Of a stretch of DNA of 25,859 bases, positions 12,393-23,212 are shown piece by piece. The notes beneath the pieces were generated by a model. That model was given only the letters and a program-made list of their open reading frames with translations. It did no database searches and was not told the DNA's origin. Origin of the DNA: Octopus sinensis (Eukaryota). The position numbers and the translations under genes are program-made. The stretch lies in contig NW_021836205.1 in the NCBI RefSeq assembly GCF_006345805.1, forward strand, positions 1-25,859. The letters run 5' to 3'. The first letter of the stretch is position 1, and each line of letters begins with the position of its first letter.

Positions 12393-14660
12393 CAATTCTT
12401 TTTTATTGGCCACAAGGGCTGCACGCATGATTACATAAAGGACAAGACAGGACGAAAGGTTACAAAGGGTTTTGGCCGTTTTTTTAAAAACATCGAGTAA
12501 AAATCTTTATAACAACTTATAAAATTCAACAATGAAAAACTCCCAAAAGGGGGAGACGTTTCGAAAGGTTCCTGGTGGAAAAAACCCTACAAAAGCCAAC
12601 GGAGCCTGGTCTAAAAAGGGGGTGTAGAGAGTCCCCCTTTTTCTCCTTTTACATTACCTTTTTTTTTGAAATCACAGGCGAAACCTGAGAACTGGTCCAT
12701 TTATACAGGCCAGTCTCGCACAATTCACCCACCTTTCATAAAACTTGCTATCGGACAGCACTTTCCTCTCTAACCTCATCTTCCTTTTCAGTGAAACTTG
12801 AAAAAGTTGATGAGGCCTTGACCAAAGAGAAAGTGTCTGTCTTTAGCCCTTTCAAACGAGTCCACCACACGACCTCTTTCGCCACAGCCACTAGGCACAA
12901 GAAAACGGCCTCGCCCTCCTTGTTAAAGGAGGTCGGCGGGGCAATCTTCACTATGGATTCGGCCGATAGTCGGATCCGTCCTACACGTGACAGTAGCTGT
13001 TCGACATAAACCCATATTTCAGCAATACTCGGGCACTGGACGAGTGCGTGCAGAACGGTTTCGTCGTCCTGGCAACACCTCGGGCAGGCCCGGCTGACGG
13101 CACTTCCGTCCGGTAGAGTTTATCTCGAACAGGCAGAGCCCTCGTAGCACTGCCAGGCGAGAGACCTCTGGAAATTATCCATCGGCCCCGCCCGAAGTCC
13201 GTCCGCCCGAACAGACCGCTCAGTTCGTCGTCTTCAACGCCTAGAGTTTCCCGAGACGTCGTCGCATTTTTCCTCCACTAACCCTCTATAGAACGCTAGA
13301 GTGGAGCTGTAACCGACCGCATTGCCCGCCTGGCGGAGGGCGGAGAGGGCTTGACGGCACTCGAGGTGCCAAGCGCCCTTTCTCGGTCTACGTTTGATCC
13401 AAGTCTGCAGCTCCGTCAAAGAGACGAGCTGCGAAAATCGCGTCTGACAAAAGACGACCACACCTGTTCACCGTCTAGGAAGCGCTTGAGATGCCGTAGC
13501 CTGAGCGCATGTCTGCGCAACAGCAACCACGGCATTCCAAGGCCTCCGTTCAGCGGTCGTTGACAGCAGATGGATCGCCTGACCAGTGGCACCTGACCCT
13601 TCCACAAAAGTCGAAGAGCAGGTGTACCAGCTTGGCCAACCAGCGGTCGGGACAAGGGACGACGGTCAAGCGGTAATAGATGACGGATGCGATGTACGCA
13701 TTCGCTACCTCCGCTCGACCTTTCAGGGACAGCTTCCTTTCGGCCCATTTCTGGGTGAGACGTGCCACCCTGCTCGTCACCTCTTCCAGTTCTTATCCAC
13801 CTGGAGGTCCGGACCGAACCAGACCCCGAGCAGTTTAACGGGTCCGTCTGTCCAGCGCCCTACACGCTGTTGGACGGCATGGGCTTGCCTCTCCAGGTGC
13901 CCAGTTGCAAGCCACAGACTTTTCCGCGTTTATCTTTGCCCCTGTCACCGCTTCGTACTGGTTAGAGCGTCTCGCCAATCAGGCCAATGTGCCTGTGGCT
14001 CGACACCACCACGGTGACGTCGTCGGCATAAGCAGACACGCTGTTTCCGCCTCCTAGATCGCGCGGGATACCCCTCAAAGCCTCCAACTTGCGCAGTAAT
14101 GGCTCGAGAGTCAAAATGTACAAGAGGGAGAGAGGGCATCCTTGGCGGACCGAACGCGAGATGTCGAACGGTTCCGAAAGGTGACCGTTCACCCGTATCA
14201 CCGAGCAGATGTTGCTGTATAAAGCAGCGATCCACCCGCGGAAGACTGGACCAAACCGGCTGCCCTGAGGACAGCTGCCAGGTACCGATGGTCGACCCTA
14301 TCGAAGGCTTTACTCTGATCCAAGTTGATCAAAGCCCCACCCGCGCCAGCGTCGTTACCCACCCTCTCTGTGATGTAGCGCATGAGATGGAGGTTGTCGT
14401 GTATCGACCTGGTCGGCACGGCGCATGTCTGCGTCCCGCCGACCAGCTTGTCCACGACAAGCGCCAATCTCTTGGCTAGCACCTTGGCCAAAATCTTCAA
14501 CTCTGCATTGAGCAGAGTGATGGGCCGGAAATTCCCCCTTGTTTGGGTCCTTCTTTAGCAAAGCCACCACCCCTCGACAGACAAAAGCAGGAATTCTCCC
14601 GTTTTGCTGCCAGTTGCAGTAGACGTTTGCCAACAGGTCCGCAAACAAGTCTGGCATTGA
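12393..14660 (-). mobile_element. 5'-truncated, frameshifted non-LTR retrotransposon of the L1/Tx1 clade (RT domain, C-terminal CCHC knuckle, 3' UTR)
   Basis: RT motifs KILAKVLAKRL, NLDQSKAFDRVDH, SVRQGCPLS and SAYADD. CPRCCQDDETVLHALVQCP at about 13030-13090. AATAAA on the minus strand (+ strand 12402-12407) just before an (ATT)n tail. Confidence 0.93.
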
Positions 14661-14661
14661 A

Positions 14662-14693
<32 letters not shown>

Positions 14694-14722
14694 TGATGAT
14701 GATGATGATAATGATGATAATG
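14662..14722. repeat. (AAT)n(GAT)n microsatellite at the LINE 5' truncation point
   Basis: Direct inspection. Confidence 0.9.
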
Positions 14723-14904
14723 TTTGAAGATCCAAATACTCAGCTATGTGTATATTATGGGTACATTGTTCCCTCGCCTTTATATATATATCATTTATAA
14801 ATATGTGTGAGTGTGCGTGTGTATGCATGCATGTATGTATGCATATGCTTGGAAGTAATTGTAGAGATAAGTAAATTAGACAGATCGACATAAAGCATAT
14901 TTAA

Positions 14905-15070
<166 letters not shown>

Positions 15071-15156
15071 GGGTGTAGGCAGATGTACGTGTATACATAA
15101 GCACACACATATATGCACTGTCTCGCAGCCATAGATCCGATCACTAAGTCATCACA

Positions 15157-15215
<59 letters not shown>

Positions 15216-15464
15216 CACGCACACACACCACCACACACACACAGAATATTCATGTATTTATTTATGTATGCAGGCATCTAGTCAATCACTGCCAGACCTT
15301 TCCGATGTTGTGTTGTGACAGTCGATGACAGCAGGTCATCTAAAAACTTTACCTGACCTCTGTGTCATACTTTTTACAAATTCGGTTTGCCGGATGTCAG
15401 TAAGATTTTGGCGTTCTTTAGTTCCTTCTGAGATATCTTTTATCGTCTGTCTTCTACTGCTATT

Positions 15465-15600
15465 AGTCATTCGGCCGCGGCCATGCTAGCACTTATTCGT
15501 TCGTTAAGTATGTTACTTATTCTATCGGCCTCTGTTGCCAAATTGTGAGCTACGGGCATGGAAACACACCAACATGAAGTAATGGGGATACACACAAGCA
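15465..15600 (-). mobile_element. Degenerate SINE family A 3' fragment
   Basis: GTCATTCGGCCGCGGCCATGCT...ACTTATTCTATCGGCCTCT...GAAACACACCAACAT resembles the family A tail. Confidence 0.6.
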
Positions 15601-15704
15601 CAGACACACAGACACACACATATATACGTACGTATGTATGTATATATATATATATATATCTATATATATATATATCTAATATATTATATATATATATATA
15701 TATA

Positions 15705-15880
15705 TAGGCGATTTCTTTCCTCTGTCTTCCCTTCTTTGGATATTTCCTTTTCCTATGTTTCCGACGAAGAGCTCCGCTCGAAACGTTAAACCCCCCTTCT
15801 TTCCTTCTTCACTGATCGTCCAATAATACTATACTTGTTCCACGTCCTCGCGTTGTTGTGTTTTCATGTTTGGATTAACT
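15705..15880 (+). mobile_element. Probable Penelope-like element terminal (pLTR) fragment embedded in (TA)n
   Basis: Pyrimidine-rich segment containing a minimal hammerhead motif, with (TA)n on both sides. Confidence 0.6.
15757..15791 (+). ncRNA. Minimal type I hammerhead ribozyme motif with core variant
   Basis: GUUU-CCGACGA-A-GAGC-UCC-GCUC-GAAAC-GUU-AAAC. It has a 4-bp stem I, core CUGANGA with U4 changed to C, an extra A, a 4-bp stem II and a loopless palindromic stem III (AACGUU). Confidence 0.65.
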
Positions 15881-16750
15881 ATATATATATATATAAATAA
15901 ATAATATATATATATATATAAATAAATAAATATATATATATATATATATTATATATTTTATATATATATAATTATTATAATATATATATATATACGCACA
16001 GCCCAGAGTAAGCACATAACCGTGAAACAAGGAGGAGAAAAGGCTACTCGAATGCTGGAGGTAGAATAATATACTTTATTAATGAAGCTGCAAAGACATC
16101 ACAAAAACCGTTACTCAGTGTTTCACGTTCCCGTTCTTCGTGTGCGTATGTATGTGTGTGTGTGTGTGTGTGTGCTTATCTCCACTGGTATTTCACTACA
16201 ACATCTGTCTATGCTGGGCCGTGAACATGAATTAATCTTCTCCCTCCAGTCTTTTGTCCCTTGTGGCCTTAATTCGCCATCTCACTTCATCTAACACCAC
16301 ACCACACAGATACCCACACACCATACACAATTATGTACACAGCCACACACACTCTCAAATATCCTCACCATATGTACACCACTGTACCAATGCCCCTACA
16401 CCGTTCTACTCACTACACACACACCACACAACTTTATGCACACTCTCACACCTCCACACTCCAATGCACATTCATCCACATCACACACTTCCCTTCTCCA
16501 TGCACTCTAGCACCTAATACCTGCCAACTATTAACTCCTGTCAACTCTATTCCACATCCTATCACCTCTCCTCACCCTTATCCACCTCCACTCACCATTG
16601 TCCTATCCCACCTCAAACCTCTATGCTTCCTTCACAATACCCGATATTCGCTCTAGAAAGCACACACGATGAACATCCACGCACAACGCCTGAACATAGA
16701 CAATATACACACGCACGCAACACGCATAAACATATACAAATTTAGCATAT

Positions 16751-16964
16751 AGACGCAGGAGTGGCCGTGTGGTAAGTAACTTGCTTACCAACCACATGAT
16801 TCCGGGTTCATTTCCACTGCGTGGCATCTTTAGCAATGAATTCTACTATAGCCTCGTGGATTTGATAGACGGAAACAGAAAGAAGCCCGTTGTATATATG
16901 AATATATATATATATGTATGTTTGTGTACATGTTTGTGTGTCTGTGCCCCCAACATCGCTTGAC
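16751..16964 (+). mobile_element. SINE family A, 5' half
   Basis: AGACGCAGGAGTGGCCGTGTGGTAAGTAACTTGCTTACCAACCACATG... head and body. Confidence 0.85.
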
Positions 16965-16989
16965 TTAATCTCTTTGTCTGTCCTTGTTT

Positions 16990-17133
16990 TCCTTCTACCA
17001 GATCCATTCACAAGGCATTGATCGGCCTGAGGCTATAGTAGAAGGCACTTACCCAAGGTTCCACGCAGTGGGACTGAACCCGGAACCATGTGGTTCGTAA
17101 GCAAGCTACTTACCACACAGCCACTTCTATGCC
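16990..17133 (-). mobile_element. SINE family A, 5' half, inverted relative to 16751-16964
   Basis: CACAAGGC...GAGGCTATAGTAGAAG...GGGACTGAACCCGGAACCATGTGG...TTACCACACAGCCAC. Confidence 0.85.
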
Positions 17134-17134
17134 A

Positions 17135-17140
17135 ATACAT

Positions 17141-17177
<37 letters not shown>

Positions 17178-17190
17178 CACGCTTACATAA

Positions 17191-17247
<57 letters not shown>

Positions 17248-17579
17248 TATACATGCTTACATACATACATACATACTATATATCCCAGTATGTGCCTGTA
17301 TATGCGTGTGTGAGTGTGCGTTTGTGCGTATATGTGTGTGTGTGTCTGTATATGTGTGCGCGTGCGTCTATCTGTCACTGTCATCCTGATTGCAAAAGTT
17401 TAATAAATATTTTCCATATTAAAAGTATTGAGTGATTCTTGATTTTAATGTTAAATTGTTTTAATATATAACGTATGACACAAGAACAAACATAATACAT
17501 ACGTACACACACACACACACATATATAATACATATATATATATATGTCCCCATTTTCTATTTTATATATTATATATATA

Positions 17580-17611
<32 letters not shown>

Positions 17612-17654
17612 GCGGTGTATGTACACTTTGGTTTCTTATACATACATACATATA

Positions 17655-17736
<82 letters not shown>

Positions 17737-17792
17737 ATATAAAGATATATATAATTTATGTTTTATTCATACAACTATGCATACATACATAC

Positions 17793-17826
<34 letters not shown>

Positions 17827-17872
17827 ATATACTATACATATATATATACATCATACATACATACAAACATGC

Positions 17873-17903
<31 letters not shown>

Positions 17904-17950
17904 CATACATACATACATACATACATACATACATACATACATACACACAC
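17135..17950. repeat. Extended (CA)/(TA)/(TACA)n microsatellite field
   Basis: Direct inspection. Confidence 0.9.
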
Positions 17951-18476
17951 ATAAAAGCGACGTATTTACCTAAATGTCACAACAATCTGCAATCTGATGA
18001 GTGAATCTTATAAACAATGTAATCCACGCCGCCAAACCACTACTTCAGGTACTTCACCGCGATTTTATATATTCACAATATTTATCAAATAACATCACCG
18101 TTTTCAACAATTCGCTTCAAGAATTTTCTAATCCGAGAATGACAAATAAATAAAATATAAACAAAATACACAAGAAAGAAAAAACCACACCACAAGGAAA
18201 TCTTGGCTGTTTTCACTAGATTTTAAGCTTCCAAAGGACGCCATTGTTACCAGTAGATGCTACTATGTCAATTATTTTGAAAAACAAGTCGTAAAAACGA
18301 AATTATACTTGAAAGAAAAACGTAAAGCAAAAAAAATATTAAATCAATTTTGATAAATATCCTGTCAAACGTCATAGACAAGCGACGTCATAGATAAACA
18401 AATACTTCATTTTTACTTTGGGAGCAGAAAAGTCTACCGTTATTTTTTTTCCCTAGTTAAGTGACGTGAAAAGAAA

Positions 18477-18573
18477 ATGGCGGTTTCATATGCGTCTTGC
18501 AGGAAATATGCTGTTGTGTTTGTTGTTCTTGGTGTTGTACTTCGTGGGACATTAGCTGAAATATGTAGCGATG
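18477..18573 (+). CDS. Secreted ferritin, coding exon 1: signal peptide MAVSYASCRKYAVVFVVLGVVLRGTLA followed by EICSD
   Basis: AAAATGG start context and a hydrophobic core ending in T-L-A. Donor G|GTAAGT is phase 1, matching the phase-1 acceptor of the helix-A exon. An upstream acceptor TTTTTTTTCCCTAG at 18456 suggests a 5' UTR intron. Confidence 0.75.
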
Positions 18574-18769
18574 GTAAGTACTGCTAATGCTCTTCGTAAT
18601 ACTTAATACTCTTGCAGGGGACACTACAAACACATACCGTTGGGAACAGAATCAGATTTACTGGTAAGACCAGAAGAAAAAAAAAATCCTGGTAATTTTC
18701 ATTATTGACACTGAAAAAACGGAGTCCTTAATTCGTCGGGTAAAATGCTTCACAACATTTGTTCTGACT

Positions 18770-19956
18770 AAGGCGGCGAGCTGGCAGGAACGTTAGCACG
18801 TCGGGCGAAATGCTTAGCGGTATTTCGGCTGCCGTTACGTTCTGAGTTCAAATTCCGCCGAGGTCGACTTTGTCTTTCATCCTTTCGGGGTCGATAAATT
18901 AAGTACCAGTTACGCACTGGGGTCGATATAATCGACTTAATCCATTTGTCTGTCCTTGTTTGTCCTCTCTGTATTTAGCCCCTTGTGGGTAATAAAGAAA
19001 TAGGTATTTCGTCTGCCGCTACGTTCTGGGTTCAAATTTCGCTGAGGTCGACTTTGCCTTTCATCCTTTCGGGGTCTATTAAATAAGTACCAGTTATGCA
19101 CTGGGTTCGATATAATCGACTTAATCCATTTGTCTGTCCTTGTTTGTCCTCTCTGCGTTAAGCCCCTTGTGGGTACTAAAGAAATAGGTATTTCGTCCGC
19201 CTTTACGTTTTGAGTTCAAGTTACGCCTTGGTCGACTTTGTCTTTCATCCTCTCGGGGTCGATAAATTAAGTACCAGTTACGCACTGGATCAATGTGATC
19301 GACTTAATCCCTTTGTCTGTCCTTGTTTGCCCCTCTATGTTTAGCCCCCTGTGAGCAATAAACAAATAAGAAACGTTAGCATGCCGAGTATATTGTTTGT
19401 CTTTATATTCTGAGTTAAAATTTCGCCGAGGTCGACTTTGCCTTTCATCCTTTCGGGGTCGATAAATTAAGTACCAGTTACGCACTGGATCAATGTGATC
19501 GACTTAATCCCTTTGTCTGTCCTTGTTTGCCCCTCTATGTTTAGCCCCTTGTGGGCAGTAAAGAAATAAGAAACGTTAGCATGCTGGGTATTTTGTCTGT
19601 CTTTATATTCTGAGTTAAAATTTCGCCGAGGTCGACTTTGCCTTTCATCCTTTCGGGGTTTGATAAATTAAGTACCAGTTACGCACTGGATCAATGTGAT
19701 CGACTTAATCCCTTTGTCTGTCCTTGTTTGCCCCTCTATGTTTAGCCCCCTGTGAGCAATAAAGAAATAAGAAACGTTAGCATGTCGAGTATTTTGTCTG
19801 TCTTTATATTCTGAGTTAAAATTTCGCCGAGGTTGACTTTGCCTTTCATCCTTTCGGGATCGATAAATTAAGTACCAGTTGCGTACTGAGGTCGATCTAA
19901 TCGACTGGCCCTCTCCCCCCCCAAATTTCGGGCCTTGTGCCTAGAGTAGAAAAGAA
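18770..19956 (+). mobile_element. SINE family B tandem array in ferritin intron 1 (head, 184-bp units, ~200-bp variant units, distinct terminal unit)
   Basis: GGTATTTCG at 18819, 19003 and 19187 (184-bp spacing). AAACGTTAGCATG at 19371, 19571 and 19772 (~200-bp spacing). Ends GGCCTTGTGCCTAGAGTAGAAAAG. Confidence 0.92.
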
Positions 19957-20756
19957 TGTTTGTTCCGACTACCTGCGTTCGGAATTGAAATCCCGTCGAG
20001 GATAATTTAATTTTCAACTTTTCGGAGCCTGATAAAAATATACCGCTCCAGAGAGATGGACTTGCGGAACTGTAGGAATGTGCAACCATATGCCTTTTGC
20101 TGTTTGTTCCGTGTCTTTGCATTCAGAGCTCAAATCACGCTTTGGCCAATTTGGATGGTAGAATCAACCCATCATCCGGTTGAACACCACCATATGGGTG
20201 TATGGGCGTCATAAGCGGAGCTCATTCTCTTGCAAGCACTCGAACGTGGCTTCCTTTCCGAGGATGCCTTCTCCCTTCCTTCCCAACAGTATTTGAAACC
20301 CTGTGGAAGATCATGAGAAATAACTCCCACCACCACCACCACCACCTTGAGTAAAGAAAAACAAAACAAAAACAAAACTAAAAGTGCAATTCTAATTGAA
20401 CTTTCGAGCTGCACCCTTGATCACATGACCAAACTTGCACATTCGATCAATGATTCTTTCTCCTCGACCCGGACTTAATATTGATTTAATTGAGCATTTC
20501 ATAGATCACGTCACCCTTTACATCATGACATTTCTGTGATACACGATCCCTATTGATCTTTTTCTCTTTTCTTTTTTTTCTTTTTTTCTTTCCTTTTTAC
20601 GACCCCTTATGATCGAAAAACTACCCCATTTTTTTTTCTCCCCAAAAAGAAAAGGTCTACTTTGTAATTTGTCCCGTCTGTGTTCAGCCCTGTGTGGCTA
20701 ATAAAGAAACATATTATAAATTCATATCCACAGTAAACCCCATTATATATGCATTC

Positions 20757-21119
20757 GGAGGCGCAATGGCCCAGTGGTTAGGGCAGTGGACTCGCGGTCA
20801 TAGGATCGCGGTTTCGATTCCCAGACCGGGCGTTGTGAGTGTTTATTGAGCGAAAACACCTAAAAGCTCCACGAGGCTCCGGTGATCCCTGCTGTACTCT
20901 TTCACCACAACTTTCTCTCACTCTTACTTCCTGTTTCTGTTGTACCTGTACTTCAAGGGGCCGGCCTTGTCACTCTCTGTGTCACGCTGAATATCCCCGA
21001 GAACTACGTTAAGGGTGCACGTGTCTGTGGAGTGCTTACACGTTAATTTCACGAGCAGGCTGTTCCGTTGATTCGGATCAACCGGAACCCTCATCGTCGT
21101 AACCGACGGAGTGCTTCCA
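20757..21119 (+). mobile_element. tRNA-derived SINE family D with an 11-bp target-site duplication
   Basis: A-box TGGCCCAGTGG and B-box GGTTTCGATTCC. ATATATGCATT occurs at both 20745-20755 and 21121-21131. Confidence 0.88.
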
Positions 21120-21507
21120 GATATATGCATTGATTATTCATTCGTCGTCTCAACGATGAGCATCTAGTCATCCTGAAGATTACCGATGACTTGCGATTTA
21201 CGTCTTGCGACTTGCCAGGTGACTTCGTTTAAAGTGAGGAAGAGTTGTTTACCGTCTCTTTACTCTCCCGTCCGTGACCATCTTCAGTCCGGAGACAAGA
21301 CCAGGTCGAAATAATTGGAGATCGGGACGAATGCTGTGGATGACCAAGATGTCTTAATTTTTGCCTCATCTTCCTCTACGTTGACCATAAAGGTTTCTTC
21401 TGCAGAGTCCACTGGATCTAGTCTCCACACGCATAGGTAATCAAGCCCTAACTCACTAAGAATTATAAACCCGTTGGCAAGCCTCACATGGTTTAGTCCG
21501 CCATTCA

Positions 21508-22095
21508 AAGTGCGGCGAGCTAGCTGAAACGTTAGCACGCCGGGCGAAATGCTTAGTGGTATTTCGTCTGTCTATACGTTCTGAGTTCAAATTCCGCCGA
21601 GGTCGACTTTGCCTTTCATCCTTTCGGGGTCGATAAATTAAGTACCAGTTACGCACTGGGGTCGATGTAATCGACTTAATACCTATGTCTGTCCTTGTTT
21701 GTCCCCTCTGTCTTTAGCTCCTTGTGGGTAATAAAGAAATTGGTATTTCGTCTGCCCTTACGTTCTGAGTTCAAATTCCGCCGAGGTCGACTTTGCCTTT
21801 CATCCTTTCAGGGTCGATTAAATAAGTACCAGTTACGCACTGGGGTCGATGTAATCGTCTTAATCCGTGTGTTTGTCCTTGTTTGTCCCCTCTATGTTTA
21901 GTGCCTTGTGGATAATAAAGAAACAGGTATTTCGTCTGTCCTTACGCTCTGAGTTCAAATTCCGCTGAGGTCGACTTTGCTTTTCATCCTCTCAGGGTCG
22001 ATAAATTAAGTACCAGTTGCGTACTGGAGTCGATCTAATCGATTGGCCCCCTCCCCCCAAAAAAATTTCGGGCCTTGTGCCTAGAGTAGAAAAGA
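21508..22095 (+). mobile_element. SINE family B tandem array (head + two 184-bp units + terminal unit)
   Basis: GGTATTTCG at 21558, 21742 and 21926. Same terminal sequence as the 18770-19956 array. Confidence 0.92.
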
Positions 22096-22363
22096 TTCAA
22101 AGTGATACACCGGAGTGTTGCTGCTGTTTCATGTAAACAGATGTTTAGAGTCGTAGGCGAGAGAAGGGTGTCAGGTGGAGACCAAAGCTGACGAACCACT
22201 CCCCCAGAGCCACCTTTCCTTATCACCCCATACCTCCCCATATTAACCTCATTGTCACACACGCACGCACGAACACACACACAAGCACCGTTACAGTTAT
22301 ACACACAACTATACATATTCACTAAGACAACTCTCGCTGTTAAACTAACATTGTCAATTGCAG

Positions 22364-22461
22364 CCACCAACGTTTGCCATAACTATGATAGCGTATCCAA
22401 CGACAAACTACAGTCGCAGGTTCAAAAGGAGTTACAGGCCAGCTACATGTACCAGTCATAC
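22364..22461 (+). CDS. Secreted (yolk-type) ferritin, helix A exon: (A)TNVCHNYDSVSNDKLQSQVQKELQASYMYQSY
   Basis: Branch point CTAAC (22345-22349), acceptor TTGCAG, donor GTAAGT, phase 1 to 0. Matches ferritin helix A (RQNY...ELYASYVY) and, from memory, the QKELAASYIYQAY form of Lymnaea yolk ferritin. Confidence 0.92.
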
Positions 22462-22577
22462 GTAAGTCTTTGTGAATGCGTTCTCCATCGAGCATCTTTG
22501 GTTTCTCCAGTTTTTGCTTCTTAAAAATTATTTTACTCTACTCTTTCACTCTTTTACTCAATTAGGATTCCAACTTG

Positions 22578-22650
<73 letters not shown>

Positions 22651-22789
22651 AGGAGATGTGGAACACGAGTTGTGATATATAAAAAAAGGAAATGAAGAAA
22701 ATGCTGACAAATAATTAAGTAAGGGAGAGTGTATTTAATTAGGTGGAAGTTCTTTTTACTTAAATTATTTTGTCAGCATTTCTTCATTC

Positions 22790-22838
<49 letters not shown>

Positions 22839-22845
22839 GTATATA

Positions 22846-23212
22846 TACTCTTTACTCTCTCTTTTACTCTTTTACTTGTTTGAGTCATTTGATTGCGGCC
22901 ATGCAATACTTATTTCTATCGGTATTTTTTTGCCAAACTGCTAAGTTACGGGGACATAAACACACTAGTATCGGTTGTCAAACGATGTTGGGAGGACAAA
23001 CACAGACACATAAGCACACACACGCATATATATACATATACATATATACGACAAGCTTCTTTGAGTTTCCGTCAACCAAATTCACTCACAAGGCTTTGGT
23101 TGGCCCGAGGCTATAGTTGAAGACACTTGCCCAAGATGCCATGCAGTGGGACTGAACCCGGAACCATGTGGTTGGTAAGCAAGCTACTTGCCGCACAGCC
23201 ACTCCTGCGCCT
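22846..23212 (-). mobile_element. SINE family A in ferritin intron 2
   Basis: Near full-length copy. Head AGGCGCAGGAGTGGCTGTGCGGCAAG on the minus strand. Confidence 0.9.

Noticed and set aside
17990-18030. CTGATGAG as another hammerhead core
   Set aside because: There is no stem II or downstream GAAA. The same applies to CTGAAGA at about 7201, 21174, 21281 and 24723.
20328-20354. Vector or His-tag contamination
   Set aside because: The order is HHHHHHLE-stop rather than the vector LEHHHHHH, and the flanks are continuous host-like sequence with no plasmid features.
20757-20835. tRNA gene (A-box and B-box present), also at 24071-24135 and 24470-24544
   Set aside because: No complete cloverleaf or acceptor stem. 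Each continues into SINE body, and the 20757 copy has a TSD.
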